Shown: positions 25,829 to 37,465 of the stretch, piece after piece
Layout of the letters: each line of letters opens with the position of its first letter
How positions within the stretch are numbered: the first letter of the stretch is position 1
Assembly (NCBI GenBank): GCA_003344405.1
Contig: NOWV01000013.1
Span: 248,001 to 312,000, forward strand
Source: Trichoplax sp. H2
Taxonomy: Eukaryota
Reading direction: 5' to 3'
DNA length: 64,000 nt
The notes under the pieces: generated by a model
What the model was told of the DNA's origin: nothing
The model's input: only the letters and a program-made list of their open reading frames with translations
The model's database searches: none
Made by a program: the position numbers and the translations under genes

Positions 25829-26295
25829 AGCTACTCAGAGACTTCTACAAGTTCTATTCATCTAGGAGTCTATGACTCAATCACAGAGATGGGAGTGGTG
25901 CATAACCACATCGAGATAGTAAATCATCATCATTGCTGCTAGAAAATCTCATATGAACACTCGCTTATATGTACCCAGAAATTAGAAAGGCGAGAATCTT
26001 TAAATCTCAACCCTTGTATGGACCTAATGATACTTTACCTAGTAGTGCTTGAATCTTGCTAGCTAAGCATTAATGTCCCTTATGCAGTAAAGCGCCATTG
26101 CCACTTTTATTAGTATACGCGTATATTTAATACGTAATGCAATACAACTATTAGCTACTCATTGCTTGAATCTTGCTAGCTAAGCTTTAATATCATTATG
26201 CAGCAAAAGCGTCATTTGCCACGTATTAATTTACTAATTACCTAATATAATACAACTATTAGCTACTCAGGGACTTCTACAAGTTTTATTGCAGC
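25829..26295. repeat. Nested local duplications just upstream of AMACR
   Basis: tgcttgaatcttgctagctaagc...atacaactattagctactc occurs at ~26046-26160 and ~26163-26269. agctactcag.gacttctacaagtt.tatt occurs at ~25829 and ~26261. Confidence 0.8.
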
Positions 26296-26398
26296 TCAGG
26301 ATGGATAGCCGATAATCATTACTGATTCTATTTCATCTATTCCTATATCGCTCGTAATCATTTCGCTATCTGGTGCTCAATCAAACGCAGTCGATACT

Positions 26399-28064
26399 AT
26401 GGCTTTGAAAGGCATTCGAATTATAGAAATGGCCGGTTTAGCACCTGCACCTTTCTGTGGTATGCTTCTTGCAGATTTTGGTGCCTCCGTCGTTCGAGTG
26501 GACAGAACTGGCATCGATCCAAACGGTGATTGCTTAGCTCGTGGTAAACGTTCAATTAGCGTCAATTTAAAAACTAAACAAGGTGCCAGTATTATTAAGA
26601 GACTGTGCAGTAATGCCGATGTATTATTGGATCCTTTTCGAGCTGGTGCCATGGAGAAGCTAGGATTGGGACCTCGAACTATGCTAGATTTAAATCCAAG
26701 ATTAATATATGCTAGGTTAACTGGCTATGGCCAGACGGGTAAATGGAATAGAGCAGCTGGACATGATATCAACTATCTCGCTATGTCTGGAGTATTATCC
26801 TTTCTTGGAAGATATAAGCAAAAACCAACGCCCCCGATCAATTTAGCTGCTGATTTTGCTGGCGGTGGTATTACTTGCGCTTACGGCATTTTATTGGCAT
26901 TACTAGAAAGGCATAACACGGGTAAAGGCCAAGTTATTGATTCTGCAATGGTAAGGCATAATGCTTTATCACTACTATACAAGATTTCAATGTTTCTTAT
27001 GCCATTTATAGCCATCGATACGAATTGATGTCGTATTGCAAGGAATAAGCACTCAAATGCCAATGGATACGGTCAATTTCGTATCCGTATAACGTTATCC
27101 CCCCCCCCAAAAAAATAATGGCATTACACTGTTAGAGATAGATGCTCATACTGTACACTAAAATTGATCAATTTTATTAGAAAATTACTTAATATTAGGT
27201 GATACGATTGTAGATAATATACCTACGTAGAAAGCAAAACTAGGTAATTGGTAAGTTGTTTTTCAGATCTTTCTACAGTAAACGATCCTCTTCTTAATTA
27301 GGTTGACGGAGCAGCGTATGCCAGTACTTTCCTATTTGCATCCAAAGCAAGTCCGATATACGGCAGAAGTCTATGGGGTGAAGAACGTGGCAAAAATTTT
27401 CTAGACTCTGGCGCTCCATTTTATGATTGTTACGAAACATCAGATGGAAAATTTATGTCTGTAGGTGCGCTAGAGCCTAATTTTTATTCCCAATTACTCC
27501 AAGGTATGCAATATACATTTCTTGCTAGCGTCAATCTTATTTAAGCGCCTAACAGATAAACAGATAAAACTAAACTAGTGGTCTATGATATCAAATTATT
27601 CCAAACTTTCCTAATCACAAGTGCTGATATTCGTAATTGCATTGGGTACAGGACTAGATCTAGATATAGATAGCCAACCTCCTCAAAATGATCGTAAGTA
27701 TTGGCCGGAAATGAAGGAAAAATTTACAAAAATATTTGGTAGTCGAACTAGAGATGAATGGTGTAACATCTTTCAGAACCTCGATGCCTGCGTAGCTCCA
27801 GTACTGGAAGATAACGAAGTTGGTAATTGGAGTATTAACAGTGAACGAAAAGTGTTTTTCACCAATTCTGATGGTAAGCAGATGCCTTCACCTGCGCCGC
27901 GTATGCATGGTAAAAGCAATCTACCTGAGCATACAAAGCAAGAACTTGTATGTGGCCTGCATACTAAAGAGATTTTATTAGAGAATGGCTTCGAATCAAA
28001 GGAAATCGAAGATTTGCTGCAAAATGATGTTGTCAGTCAGACTACAGTAAAATCGAGCTTGTAA
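26399..28064 (+). CDS. AMACR: Alpha-methylacyl-CoA racemase (CoA-transferase family III). Exons 26399-26950, 27302-27503, 27652-28064
   Basis: N-terminus [29 protein letters not shown]. Also [14 protein letters not shown], catalytic His in GHDINY, catalytic Asp in [33 protein letters not shown] and PSPAPR. Introns are GT-AG and the protein ends in KSSL. Confidence 0.95.
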
Positions 28065-30181
28065 CCAACTACAGTGACACACAGTAATTGAATTACTGTT
28101 CGATGTATGGCTTTTTAATATTTAGCATGGATTGTACTGCAGAGAAGCATACATAATCTACGATGCCTGCTTAGAACATTAGTTAGTAACACTGTTAGTA
28201 TGATAATAATTTCATACAGGCTAGATTATGTTACTCTGATTGTATCTACAGTGATACTTATACTTGAAACTGCTGTTATTAACTTACGATGGAAAAAAAG
28301 ACTTATTATATTACTTGCCTACTTGAATATAGAGCACCAGATTGTTTACTATTATTAATACAAACTTCGAAATTAATTTGTAATAAATCTAAACCCTAGT
28401 TATCATAATAAATTAGGCTGCTATCTAGTGCTAAAATTTCAATTCAATGTTATAGAAAATTGAGAAGTAGCTTGATTACCTTGTCTGTATGCCCAAACTT
28501 ATTGTGCTGTAGTCAATCATTGTTACATTTAGACTTCTAAGGATTTTCTGTCTCAAACCAGTTGTGCACGTATCAAAATTTAGCCCTAAGAATTACCTTA
28601 TTTAACCATTCAATTTTTGGAATTACACTGTTTCGAAATGGAGCACGCATGACTTAAAACGGCATTAACAAGAGAACTTGTAAGAGATTTACAATTCTTC
28701 ATTAGCGTGAGTTTAGAAACGTTTTGGTATTACAATTTAATGATACTTCCGCCTTTTATCAAGTTAAATATTATTATTATAAGTACAGGTATTTGTTAAT
28801 ATCACATCATAATGTTTAAATTTTTATACAAGATCAATATAGCATCTTAGTTTGTCTGCAAGTTTAAATTAGTCTATACGCTATAGAAAAAATTGTACAA
28901 TCTTCATGATTAAAACTAATAAAAGTACTCGCAATGTATCTAATATATGCAAATTCCTTGGCTATCTAGTACGATATGCCATGTTTTCATTACTTGATCG
29001 GTCTTAACATTAATGTTGCTTCAGCTTATACGCGTAATTAAGGAAACCGTGCTAGACCTTAACCAATCTTATATCGTACAGTTTCAACTATCTCAACCTT
29101 TAAGATTAGTCAGTCGAAGCCTAATATAGTATAAATGTGCATTTTCAAGATGGGTTGCTGATTGAATAAGAATGCAGTCAGGGAATGGATTCAAAGATTA
29201 AGTAATTTTGCACATTGGTAAAAAATCGTTCTCAAATCTCTAAAACCATCATTGACTACTATCATCAAAGTAAGGCAAAATCCAGTTAGCAACATATTTT
29301 AAAATCATGGTTAAATTTCTTCACATTGCATTCTTTTCGAGAATTTACTCTAAAGATTGGTGCAATCTATGTTACATACCAGTATTGACATTACAGTAAT
29401 TAGATAACGGTGCATATTCAATATTTCAATTTTGTTTGCTATAAGAAATGACACGACCTCGTATTTCAACTCTTTTACTCTCTCCTAGAAAATCGAGTCG
29501 TCTTCTAGTTACAGTAAGTATAGGTAGATTCTTGACGTTATACGTAAATACCAAATGCTATAAGCCAAAAAATATCCGATTTCAATTATTTTTTATGTAA
29601 TATTAATTAATTCTTTATTTTTTTACTGTATATTAATCTAATATTTTCGAGAACAAATATATTCAGTTTAAATACCGCTATACCGTTATTAAGGCAATAC
29701 TCGTGTTACTTATTGCGTCATTTTGATTTCAATTTGATACAATGACGCTGCTGTCTCTGTTATATGAGAATTTTTAATTCTCAGAGATAAATTCAATAAA
29801 CATTTAAAAGAATTTGTTCATATTTTCTATATAAGATAATTTTCAATATTAACTTACTAACATTATATTACATACAGTAATGAACAAGAGAATAAATTAA
29901 TCAGTTCATTGATTGCAAGTAGAATAATTAATAATATTTATGACGAATTGAGGATCCATGATTTATTTTCTTTTACTAGCAATTGAGTGCCTAACTGAGA
30001 TTGTGCAAATCTATCAGCTCGTACTATAGATTTTAGACATGTACAGCATAACTCTATGTTGCAGGATGTTTACGAATTCTATATACATATGTGCATCAAT
30101 AACTTCTTAATTATCGTTATTCATTAAACAGCTATTATCCTTGCTAGTTTACCTGTCGTACTGATGTAATATTAATCAATT

Positions 30182-31408
30182 TTACGTTGTATCAATAATT
30201 TGATCATCCATAAGCTGCACGTATTTCGTCCTAGCTGAACGATGAAATGAAATCATTAGTTCAGCATCATTAACACCATGTTCAGCCATCGTATGATAAA
30301 GCTCATTGGAAGTATAATTTCGATACCGAGCATTGTTAGTATAGATATGGAAATCATCGTTATGTGTAGGCTCGACATGAGTGACATTAGCTAATAAACC
30401 AATGTAGACATCATCAAGGCCGGGTATTTTTTGCACATAAGGTATAGCCCAGATTAGTCGATCGGCAGTCTGACCAGTCATAAAATAACCAAAGCCGGAA
30501 CAATATGGTGCGAACTTATCCATTGGATAATTATCATAAGAAATGTAGTATTTACTACTTTTATCGCGTATCGGGATACGATTCATTGTTGAAACGAATC
30601 CAATCCAACAATGACTTGGATTAACTGTAGGCCTAAGACTTAGTGTTACTAAATAATCAAATAGACGCCATTTATTAATCCAGACATCATCATCGCCCTT
30701 GTAATAAAATTGTGTCTGGCAGTAGCGGCGCGCCCAATACATGCCTAGTATTGTCTTCTCAGTTAAGACATGATGATGTTCGATTAAATCAGTAATTACT
30801 AAATCGCCAAATAGTCGAGCTTCTTCATCTACACGTCGATCTATTTTAATATTACCAGTACGTCCAACAATAAAGATTAATCTCCATAAATTAGCAATAC
30901 GAATTCGTTGTTGAAATTCGGATGTATTGCCCCATGTCTGACGAATTCCGAAACGCTGATCGAAATGGCGCGCTGCGCTATTAATTGCAAACACTACAAA
31001 TGCTGGTTGATTACAACGTCGAGGAGCAAGCTTTTGATTGTATTTAACGATATACTGATCGCCAATAGCATGGAATTCCGCTGTTGATGGATTAAATTCA
31101 CTTCTATTATATTCTAAATGGGGTTGGGGTGACGGTGACGTTCCATCTGAAGAACTAGGCAGCATATCTATTCTCTCTTTTATATCGCTAGAAGACGAAC
31201 ATCTACCATCGTTACATTGTAATAGTTTGTACTTTAAAAATTGTTGGTATTCTTGCGAGAAAAAATACCATGTTAAAATGAATAATAGTAATATAATGAT
31301 GACAGCTAATTTTCGATTTCGAGGTGAATAACAAACGAAAAGTAGATGAATTTTTCCCGGCAATTTCTCTTGATTAGGCTTAGGCATAAGAGTCAATACC
31401 GATTCCAT
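30182..31408 (-). CDS. GT31 beta-1,3-glycosyltransferase, B3GNT-like, copy 1 (type II Golgi membrane protein, 408 aa, single coding exon)
   Basis: N-terminal TM helix, then AINS...RFGIRQTWG, FIVG, EEARLFGDL, LTEKT, DxD motif YKGDDDVW, PYCSGFGY and LDDVYIG. Confidence 0.93.
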   Translation of the reverse strand: MESVLTLMPKPNQEKLPGKIHLLFVCYSPRNRKLAVIIILLLFILTWYFFSQEYQQFLKYKLLQCNDGRCSSSSDIKERIDMLPSSSDGTSPSPQPHLEYNRSEFNPSTAEFHAIGDQYIVKYNQKLAPRRCNQPAFVVFAINSAARHFDQRFGIRQTWGNTSEFQQRIRIANLWRLIFIVGRTGNIKIDRRVDEEARLFGDLVITDLIEHHHVLTEKTILGMYWARRYCQTQFYYKGDDDVWINKWRLFDYLVTLSLRPTVNPSHCWIGFVSTMNRIPIRDKSSKYYISYDNYPMDKFAPYCSGFGYFMTGQTADRLIWAIPYVQKIPGLDDVYIGLLANVTHVEPTHNDDFHIYTNNARYRNYTSNELYHTMAEHGVNDAELMISFHRSARTKYVQLMDDQIIDTT

Positions 31409-33490
31409 AGCTACTTTACAGAAGTAAAGATAGAAATAGCAAAATTGATCGATGACTAGATTATAAACGACCAGATCTTATGGTGTTGTCTGTATTTGAT
31501 ATTCGGGCTAATATAGAAATAGCTTTCATTAGCTTTATAGCGTCTATTTATGTCTTATTCAAATAGACTTTATTTATACGAAAAGTAATATACTGTTAGG
31601 CCATTTAGATCCGCAGGGCACGAGATGTGTATATAAAAATTTTAACAACGACAGGTGTGATGGCATAAACTGACCAACCGGTTTATATGCAACATATGCC
31701 ATCGGTTTACCGTTAGGTCTATAGAGAAAAAACTTATTATTCTTCTATATGCTTGTAAAATTAAACACAATCCTGTCTAGAAATAATAAAACAACATTTA
31801 ACTTTCTCTCTCAATGACTTTAAATACTGATATTAATTTGCTAGAAATGATTCTTTCCGACAGAAATCTTCGAAGGAATTACTCGGTATAATCTATAACT
31901 CTATCAATAAGCTAAAATGAGAAGTCTTTAATAAAATAATACTACAAAATAATTTATTCTTCTTCGGCTATTCCATTTAAATAACCATTTGAAAAAAACA
32001 AAATCGGCACGTTACCAAAGTTACGCATAAACACTAAATACTAATGTAAGGCATTATACGCATAAGCGTTACGACATGCTTAGCTGATATTGTGGCAAAT
32101 TTAAAAATTTTGAAAGATCACCCAAATAACTGTATATAACGTTCCCAACGTAATTACTAATGCACCTAACGTGTAAACAAGCTGGAATCATTTTACTTAG
32201 TGCCTGTATGCGCATCAATTTACGGTATTCTACATTTTAACAGGTCATGAAGCCTTAATAATCTAGTCGAACTGTTGAATACACTGTTTGCCATACCATT
32301 TATAGTTATATAGATCATATTGTAATGATCATGCACTATTTTAAAATACATTAGAGCACGCAGATAACACGAGGCAGTCATAATCAGAACACGATCTGAC
32401 CTTTGAGGTCTATTATAAGTTAGTTATTTAGTTAATTTACTTTACCTTTACTGGAAAATGAATTAGTTTTATAATTTATAACGTACCGACAAGCTATCGA
32501 CTGTACTACGATCAAAATAATGTATTTATACTTAACGGTGATCTTTAACGCAATGATATTGGTTTACTCTACTAACATCCTTTTATCTATCTTAATTCAA
32601 ATATACTAAGATTTTTCGTGATTGTGAAAATAGAACAAGTAGAAATGTACACTAGCCAATTTTATAAATGTAATAGTCGTATTCAGTTATTAGAATTGAT
32701 ATAATATACCTGAGGCAGTTGCATCTGATTTAAGAAAGAAATAATGCAATAAACGAAGTAATGATGATAACACAAGCTGGAGTAACCTACAATTGTCCAG
32801 ACATCCATTGTAAAATGGCTGTTTTGGGCATTTCACTAAATCTATTCCTTTTTCGTGGTATGATGACAAGTACCTTTCGTTTTCATGTTTATCCTTTGAC
32901 ACGATTTTACTGTACATGGATAGAAAAGTGTGCTTCGAAAAATTTACCATGAAATCAAGTTCTTTTAAGCTATTTTTTGACTCTGAGTTACAGTTGTTTT
33001 GAATGCTTCTCGAGTGCTACCTTTTCTATCATAATAAACAACCTATTACAATGTTTATAAAATGGCAATATTGTAAAAGAATGACTATTATTGAATAACA
33101 TTGGAAACATTGCGTATTGTTTTATGCCTCTAGAAAATAATTCTTATGCCTACTAATTCAGCATAGATTGTTCTATAGTAGCAGATTTCGTCTGTTAAGT
33201 ACAGTTATGTAGTTTACTCTTTGAAATGAAATTATATGCTAAACATGAATAGCTAGAATTGCTAAACTAAAGATGGAAAAATTTATTACATATGGAATAA
33301 ATGATAGCAAGAAACAGAATGTTACGTCGCTCCATTTTTCTTGGGGTTATACAATAACATTATTATCAGATTAGACACGAAATTTTAGGCCATTTATTTT
33401 ATGCTTTTATGATTACAAACGGATACTGAAATTACTTGGCAATAGATCGCAAGTGTTGCGATATACATAGCATGTAAGAATATTGCTGGA

Positions 33491-33706
33491 GTTTAGTAGA
33501 ATTATTCTACTGTGTACGGCAGTTTTAGACAGTTTAATATCCAAAATAGGGGTGGCCCGATGTTAAAAAATCCATCACACTTTCTCGCCATCCTTTGTGT
33601 ATTAGTAGAATAATCCTACTGTATATGGTAGTTTTAGACGATTTAATATCTAAAATAGAAGTACATTGGTTTAAAAAATCTGTCATATCTTCTCGTCATC
33701 CTTTGT
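33491..33706. repeat. Tandem duplication, ~108 bp x2
   Basis: ttagtagaat..t.ctactgt.ta.gg.agttttagac..tttaatatc.aaaatag...tctcg.catcctttgt occurs twice. The paralogous block at ~41680-41785 has only one copy. Confidence 0.85.
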
Positions 33707-35003
33707 AATTGAATGCAAAAGTGCTGTTGAAATTTATAATGTCTGTATAATTTTCAATTTTAAAAACCGCAAACTCTTATTTTTTCCTTTCATCCGTAAT
33801 CGATTTGTATTTTACACTCGTTAAATATTACGTGCGTCTTAGGATTTAACGTCATTCGTCAATAACTTGGTACCTAAGAATCATTTAGCCTTATAATATC
33901 CTTTCAATAATGCAGCTAAGTTCAATTGGAATCCATTTTCATAGTAGGTTATCATGTTTTTCTGCTTAAATTGACTCGAGTAGTTCTTCATCAACCGGCC
34001 ATAAATCTTAATTTTAATGTGCAATGTGAATACTTCTAAAGCTAAACTTCTATCGCTAAAAATTTGCTCTATGCAGTAATTTTGGAGCAATGTTATAACC
34101 GTCAAGATAAGAAAAAATCATCTGTACATTTCGAGTTATAATTACTCTGATTAACATTGACTTCCAACTTTATTGATTTAACAAACACTCATCCATTTAC
34201 AGTAAGAGTATGTAATGAATCAAGTCAAGTCAACAGCTAGCTCTCTATGTAATGTAACATTTATATCTGATTTCAAAACTACTTCGAAGATGGAATAGAC
34301 ACATTTTAGGGTAGTGATTGAATATCAGCTAGCACTGTAAACCTTGAATTCGTAAAGTGCACAACATAGTGTTTCAATAAAGTTTTAGCAATTGTACTCG
34401 GTAGTACTACTAGGTCATGCTATTCATTATGCGTGAAGTACAAAAAATCTTTTTAAAAAAAGTTAAAAAGCTAGAAAACGGCGTATGGCACAAAGGGTGC
34501 AACTATCTAACAAAATTATAAGAAAGAATGACGAACTATAAAAATGATAAAACTATATGATAGTGTTAAAATGGTTGTATCCTTTTATAACAACTGAAAA
34601 ATGCTGTGTCATTCAAAAGCCGAAGATTGTGTCCGTGTATCTGTGGAGAAGCCAGGAAGAATAAAATAAACCCTGCCGATGAAAAAAAGTCGATCATGCA
34701 TTTTGGAGCATGCAGTGTATTACTTACATAATTTCCATCATAGAGGTAAAGAAAATTTCTTATCTCTACGGGTTTTCATACATTAAATTTAAATATCGTT
34801 AACATGGAAATATTCTTTATTACCATCGTTTTAATTCCAATGTTGAAATGTTGACGATGCTGTCTATATTTTGTGAGAATTTTTAATTCGTAGAGATAAA
34901 ATTTCGATAAGCTTGTAAAAAATTTGTTTATATGTTGTATATTAAACCATTCCAAAAATTAATATACCAATATTATATCACATACAGTAATGAACAAGAG
35001 AAT

Positions 35004-35023
35004 NNNNNNNNNNNNNNNNNNNN
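35004..35023. other. Assembly gap (20 N)
   Basis: Run of N seen directly. Confidence 1.
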
Positions 35024-35768
35024 CTACTTCGAAGATGGAATAGACACATTTTAGGGTGGTGATTGAATATCAGCTAGCACTGTAAACCTTGAATTCGTAA
35101 AGTGCACAACATAGTGTTTCAATAAAGTTTTAGCAATTGCACTCTGTAGTACTACTAGGTCATGCTATTCATTATGCGTGAAGTACAAAAAATCTTTTTA
35201 AAAAAGGTTAAAAAGCTAGAAAACGGCGTATGGCACAAAGGGTGCAACTATCTAACAAAATTATAAGAAAGAATGAAGAACTATAAAAATGATAAAACTA
35301 TAAAATATATAAACCCTGCCGATGAAAAAAAGTCGATCATGCATTTTGGAGCATGCAGTGTATTACTTACATAATTTCCATCATAGAGGTAAAGAAAATT
35401 TCTTATCTCTACGGGTTTCATACATTAAATTTAAATATCGTTAACATGGAAATATTCTTTATTACCGTCATTTTAATTCCAATGTTGAAATGTTGACGAT
35501 GCTGTCTATATTTTGTGAGAATTTTTAATTCGTAGAGATAAAATTTCGATAAGCTTGTAAAAAATTTGTTTATATATTGTATATACCATTCCAAAAATTA
35601 ATATACCAATATTATATCACATACAGTAATGAACAAGAGAATAAATTAATCAGTTCATTGATTGCAAGTAGAATAATTAATAATATTTATGACGAATTGA
35701 GGATCCATGATTTATTTTCTTTTACTAGCAATTGAGTGCCTAACTGAGATTGTGCAAATCTATCAGCT
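35024..35768. other. Short contig between two gaps that redundantly repeats its flanks; probable alternate haplotype or assembly redundancy
   Basis: Near-identical to 34278-35003 (lacking ~100 bp around 34560-34665) and to 35789-36075. Confidence 0.75.
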
Positions 35769-35788
35769 NNNNNNNNNNNNNNNNNNNN
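35769..35788. other. Assembly gap (20 N)
   Basis: Run of N seen directly. Confidence 1.
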
Positions 35789-36238
35789 TTGAAATGTTGA
35801 CGATGCTGTCTATATTTTGTGAGAATTTTTAATTCGTAGAGATAAAATTTCGATAAGCTTGTAAAAAATTTGTTTATATGTTGTATATTAAACCATTCCA
35901 AAAATTAATATACCAATATTATATCACATACAGTAATGAACAAGAGAATAAATTAATCAGTTCATTGATTGCAAGTAGAATAAGTAATAATATTTATGAC
36001 GAGTTGAGGATCCATGATTTATTTTCTTTTACCAGCAATTCAGTGCCTAACTGAGATTGTGCAAATCTATCAGCTCGTACTATAGATTTTAGACATGTAC
36101 AGCATATTCTATATGCTACCGGATATTTGCGAATTCTATATACATATGTGCATCAATAACTTCTTAATTATCGTTATTCATTAAACAGCTATTATCCTTG
36201 CTAGTTTACCTGTCGTACTGATGCAATATTAATCAATT

Positions 36239-37465
36239 TTACGTTGTATCAATAATTTGATCATCCATAAGCTGCACGTATTTCGTCCTAGCTGAACGAT
36301 GAAATGAAATCATTAGTTCAGCATCATTAACACCATGTTCAGCCATCGTATGATAAAGCTCATAGGAAGTATAATTTTGATACCGAGCATTGTTAGAGTA
36401 AATATGGAAATCATCGTTATGTGTAGGCTCGACATGAGTGACATTAGCTAATAAACCAATGTAGACATCATCAAGGCCGGGTATTTTTTGCACATAAGGT
36501 ATAGCCCAGATTAGTCGATCGGCAGTCTGACCAGTCATAAAATAACCAAAGCCAGAACAATATGGTGCGAACTTATCCATTGGATAATTATCATAAGAAA
36601 TGTAGTATTTACTACTTTTATCGCGTATCGGGATACGATTCATTGTTGAAACGAATCCAATCCAACAATGACTTGGATTAACTGTAGGTCTAAGACTTAG
36701 TGTTACTAAATAATCAAATAGACGCCATTTATTAATCCAGACATCATCATCGCCCTTGTAATAAAATTGTGTCTGGCAGTAGCGACGCGCCCAATACATG
36801 CCTAGTATTGTCTTCTCAGTTAAGACATGATGATGTTCGATTAAATCAGTAATTACTAAATCGCCAAATAGTCGAGCTTCTTCATCTACACGTCGATCTA
36901 TTTTAATATTACCAGTACGTCCAACAATAAAGATTAATCTCCATAAATTAGCAATACGAATTCGTTGTTGAAACTCCCATGCATTGCCCCATGTCTGACG
37001 AATACCGATACGGCGATTAAAATGGCGCGCTGCGCTATTAATTGCAAACACTACAAATGCTGGTTGATTACAACGTCGAGGAGCAAGCTTTTGATTGTAT
37101 TTAACGATATACTGATCGCCAATAGCATGGAATTCCGCTGTTGATGGATTAAATTCACTTCTATTGTATTCTAAATGGGGTTGGGGTGACGGTGATGTTC
37201 TATCTAAAGAATTAACTAGCATATCTATTCTCTCTTTCGTATCGCTAGAAGAAGAACATCTACCGTTGTTACATTGTAATAGTTTATACTTTAAAAATTG
37301 TTGGTATTCTTGCGAGAAGAAACACCATGTTAAAATGAATAATAGGATTACAATGATGACAGCTAATTTTCGATTTCGAGGTGAATAACAAGTGAAAAGT
37401 AAACGAATTTTTCCCGGCAATTTCTCTTGATTAGGCTTAGGCATAATGGTCAATTCCGATTCCAT
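36239..37465 (-). CDS. GT31 beta-1,3-glycosyltransferase, B3GNT-like, copy 2 (408 aa; about 21 aa differences from copy 1 by manual count)
   Basis: Same motifs as copy 1, with canonical RRIGIRQTWG, KGDDDVW, PYCSGFGY and LDDVYIG. Confidence 0.93.
   Translation of the reverse strand: MESELTIMPKPNQEKLPGKIRLLFTCYSPRNRKLAVIIVILLFILTWCFFSQEYQQFLKYKLLQCNNGRCSSSSDTKERIDMLVNSLDRTSPSPQPHLEYNRSEFNPSTAEFHAIGDQYIVKYNQKLAPRRCNQPAFVVFAINSAARHFNRRIGIRQTWGNAWEFQQRIRIANLWRLIFIVGRTGNIKIDRRVDEEARLFGDLVITDLIEHHHVLTEKTILGMYWARRYCQTQFYYKGDDDVWINKWRLFDYLVTLSLRPTVNPSHCWIGFVSTMNRIPIRDKSSKYYISYDNYPMDKFAPYCSGFGYFMTGQTADRLIWAIPYVQKIPGLDDVYIGLLANVTHVEPTHNDDFHIYSNNARYQNYTSYELYHTMAEHGVNDAELMISFHRSARTKYVQLMDDQIIDTT

Noticed and set aside
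26377..26652. Antisense ORFs over AMACR, and similar ones over CLC, GT31 and USP6NL exons
   Set aside because: They are shadows of real coding sequence on the opposite strand or in another frame, with no independent motifs.
30182..37465. GT31 copies 1 and 2 as a pure haplotype-duplication artefact
   Set aside because: Their upstream flanks are far more diverged, with kb-scale indels, than the allelic-looking redundancy at 34278-36075. A real duplication is more likely, though long reads are needed.
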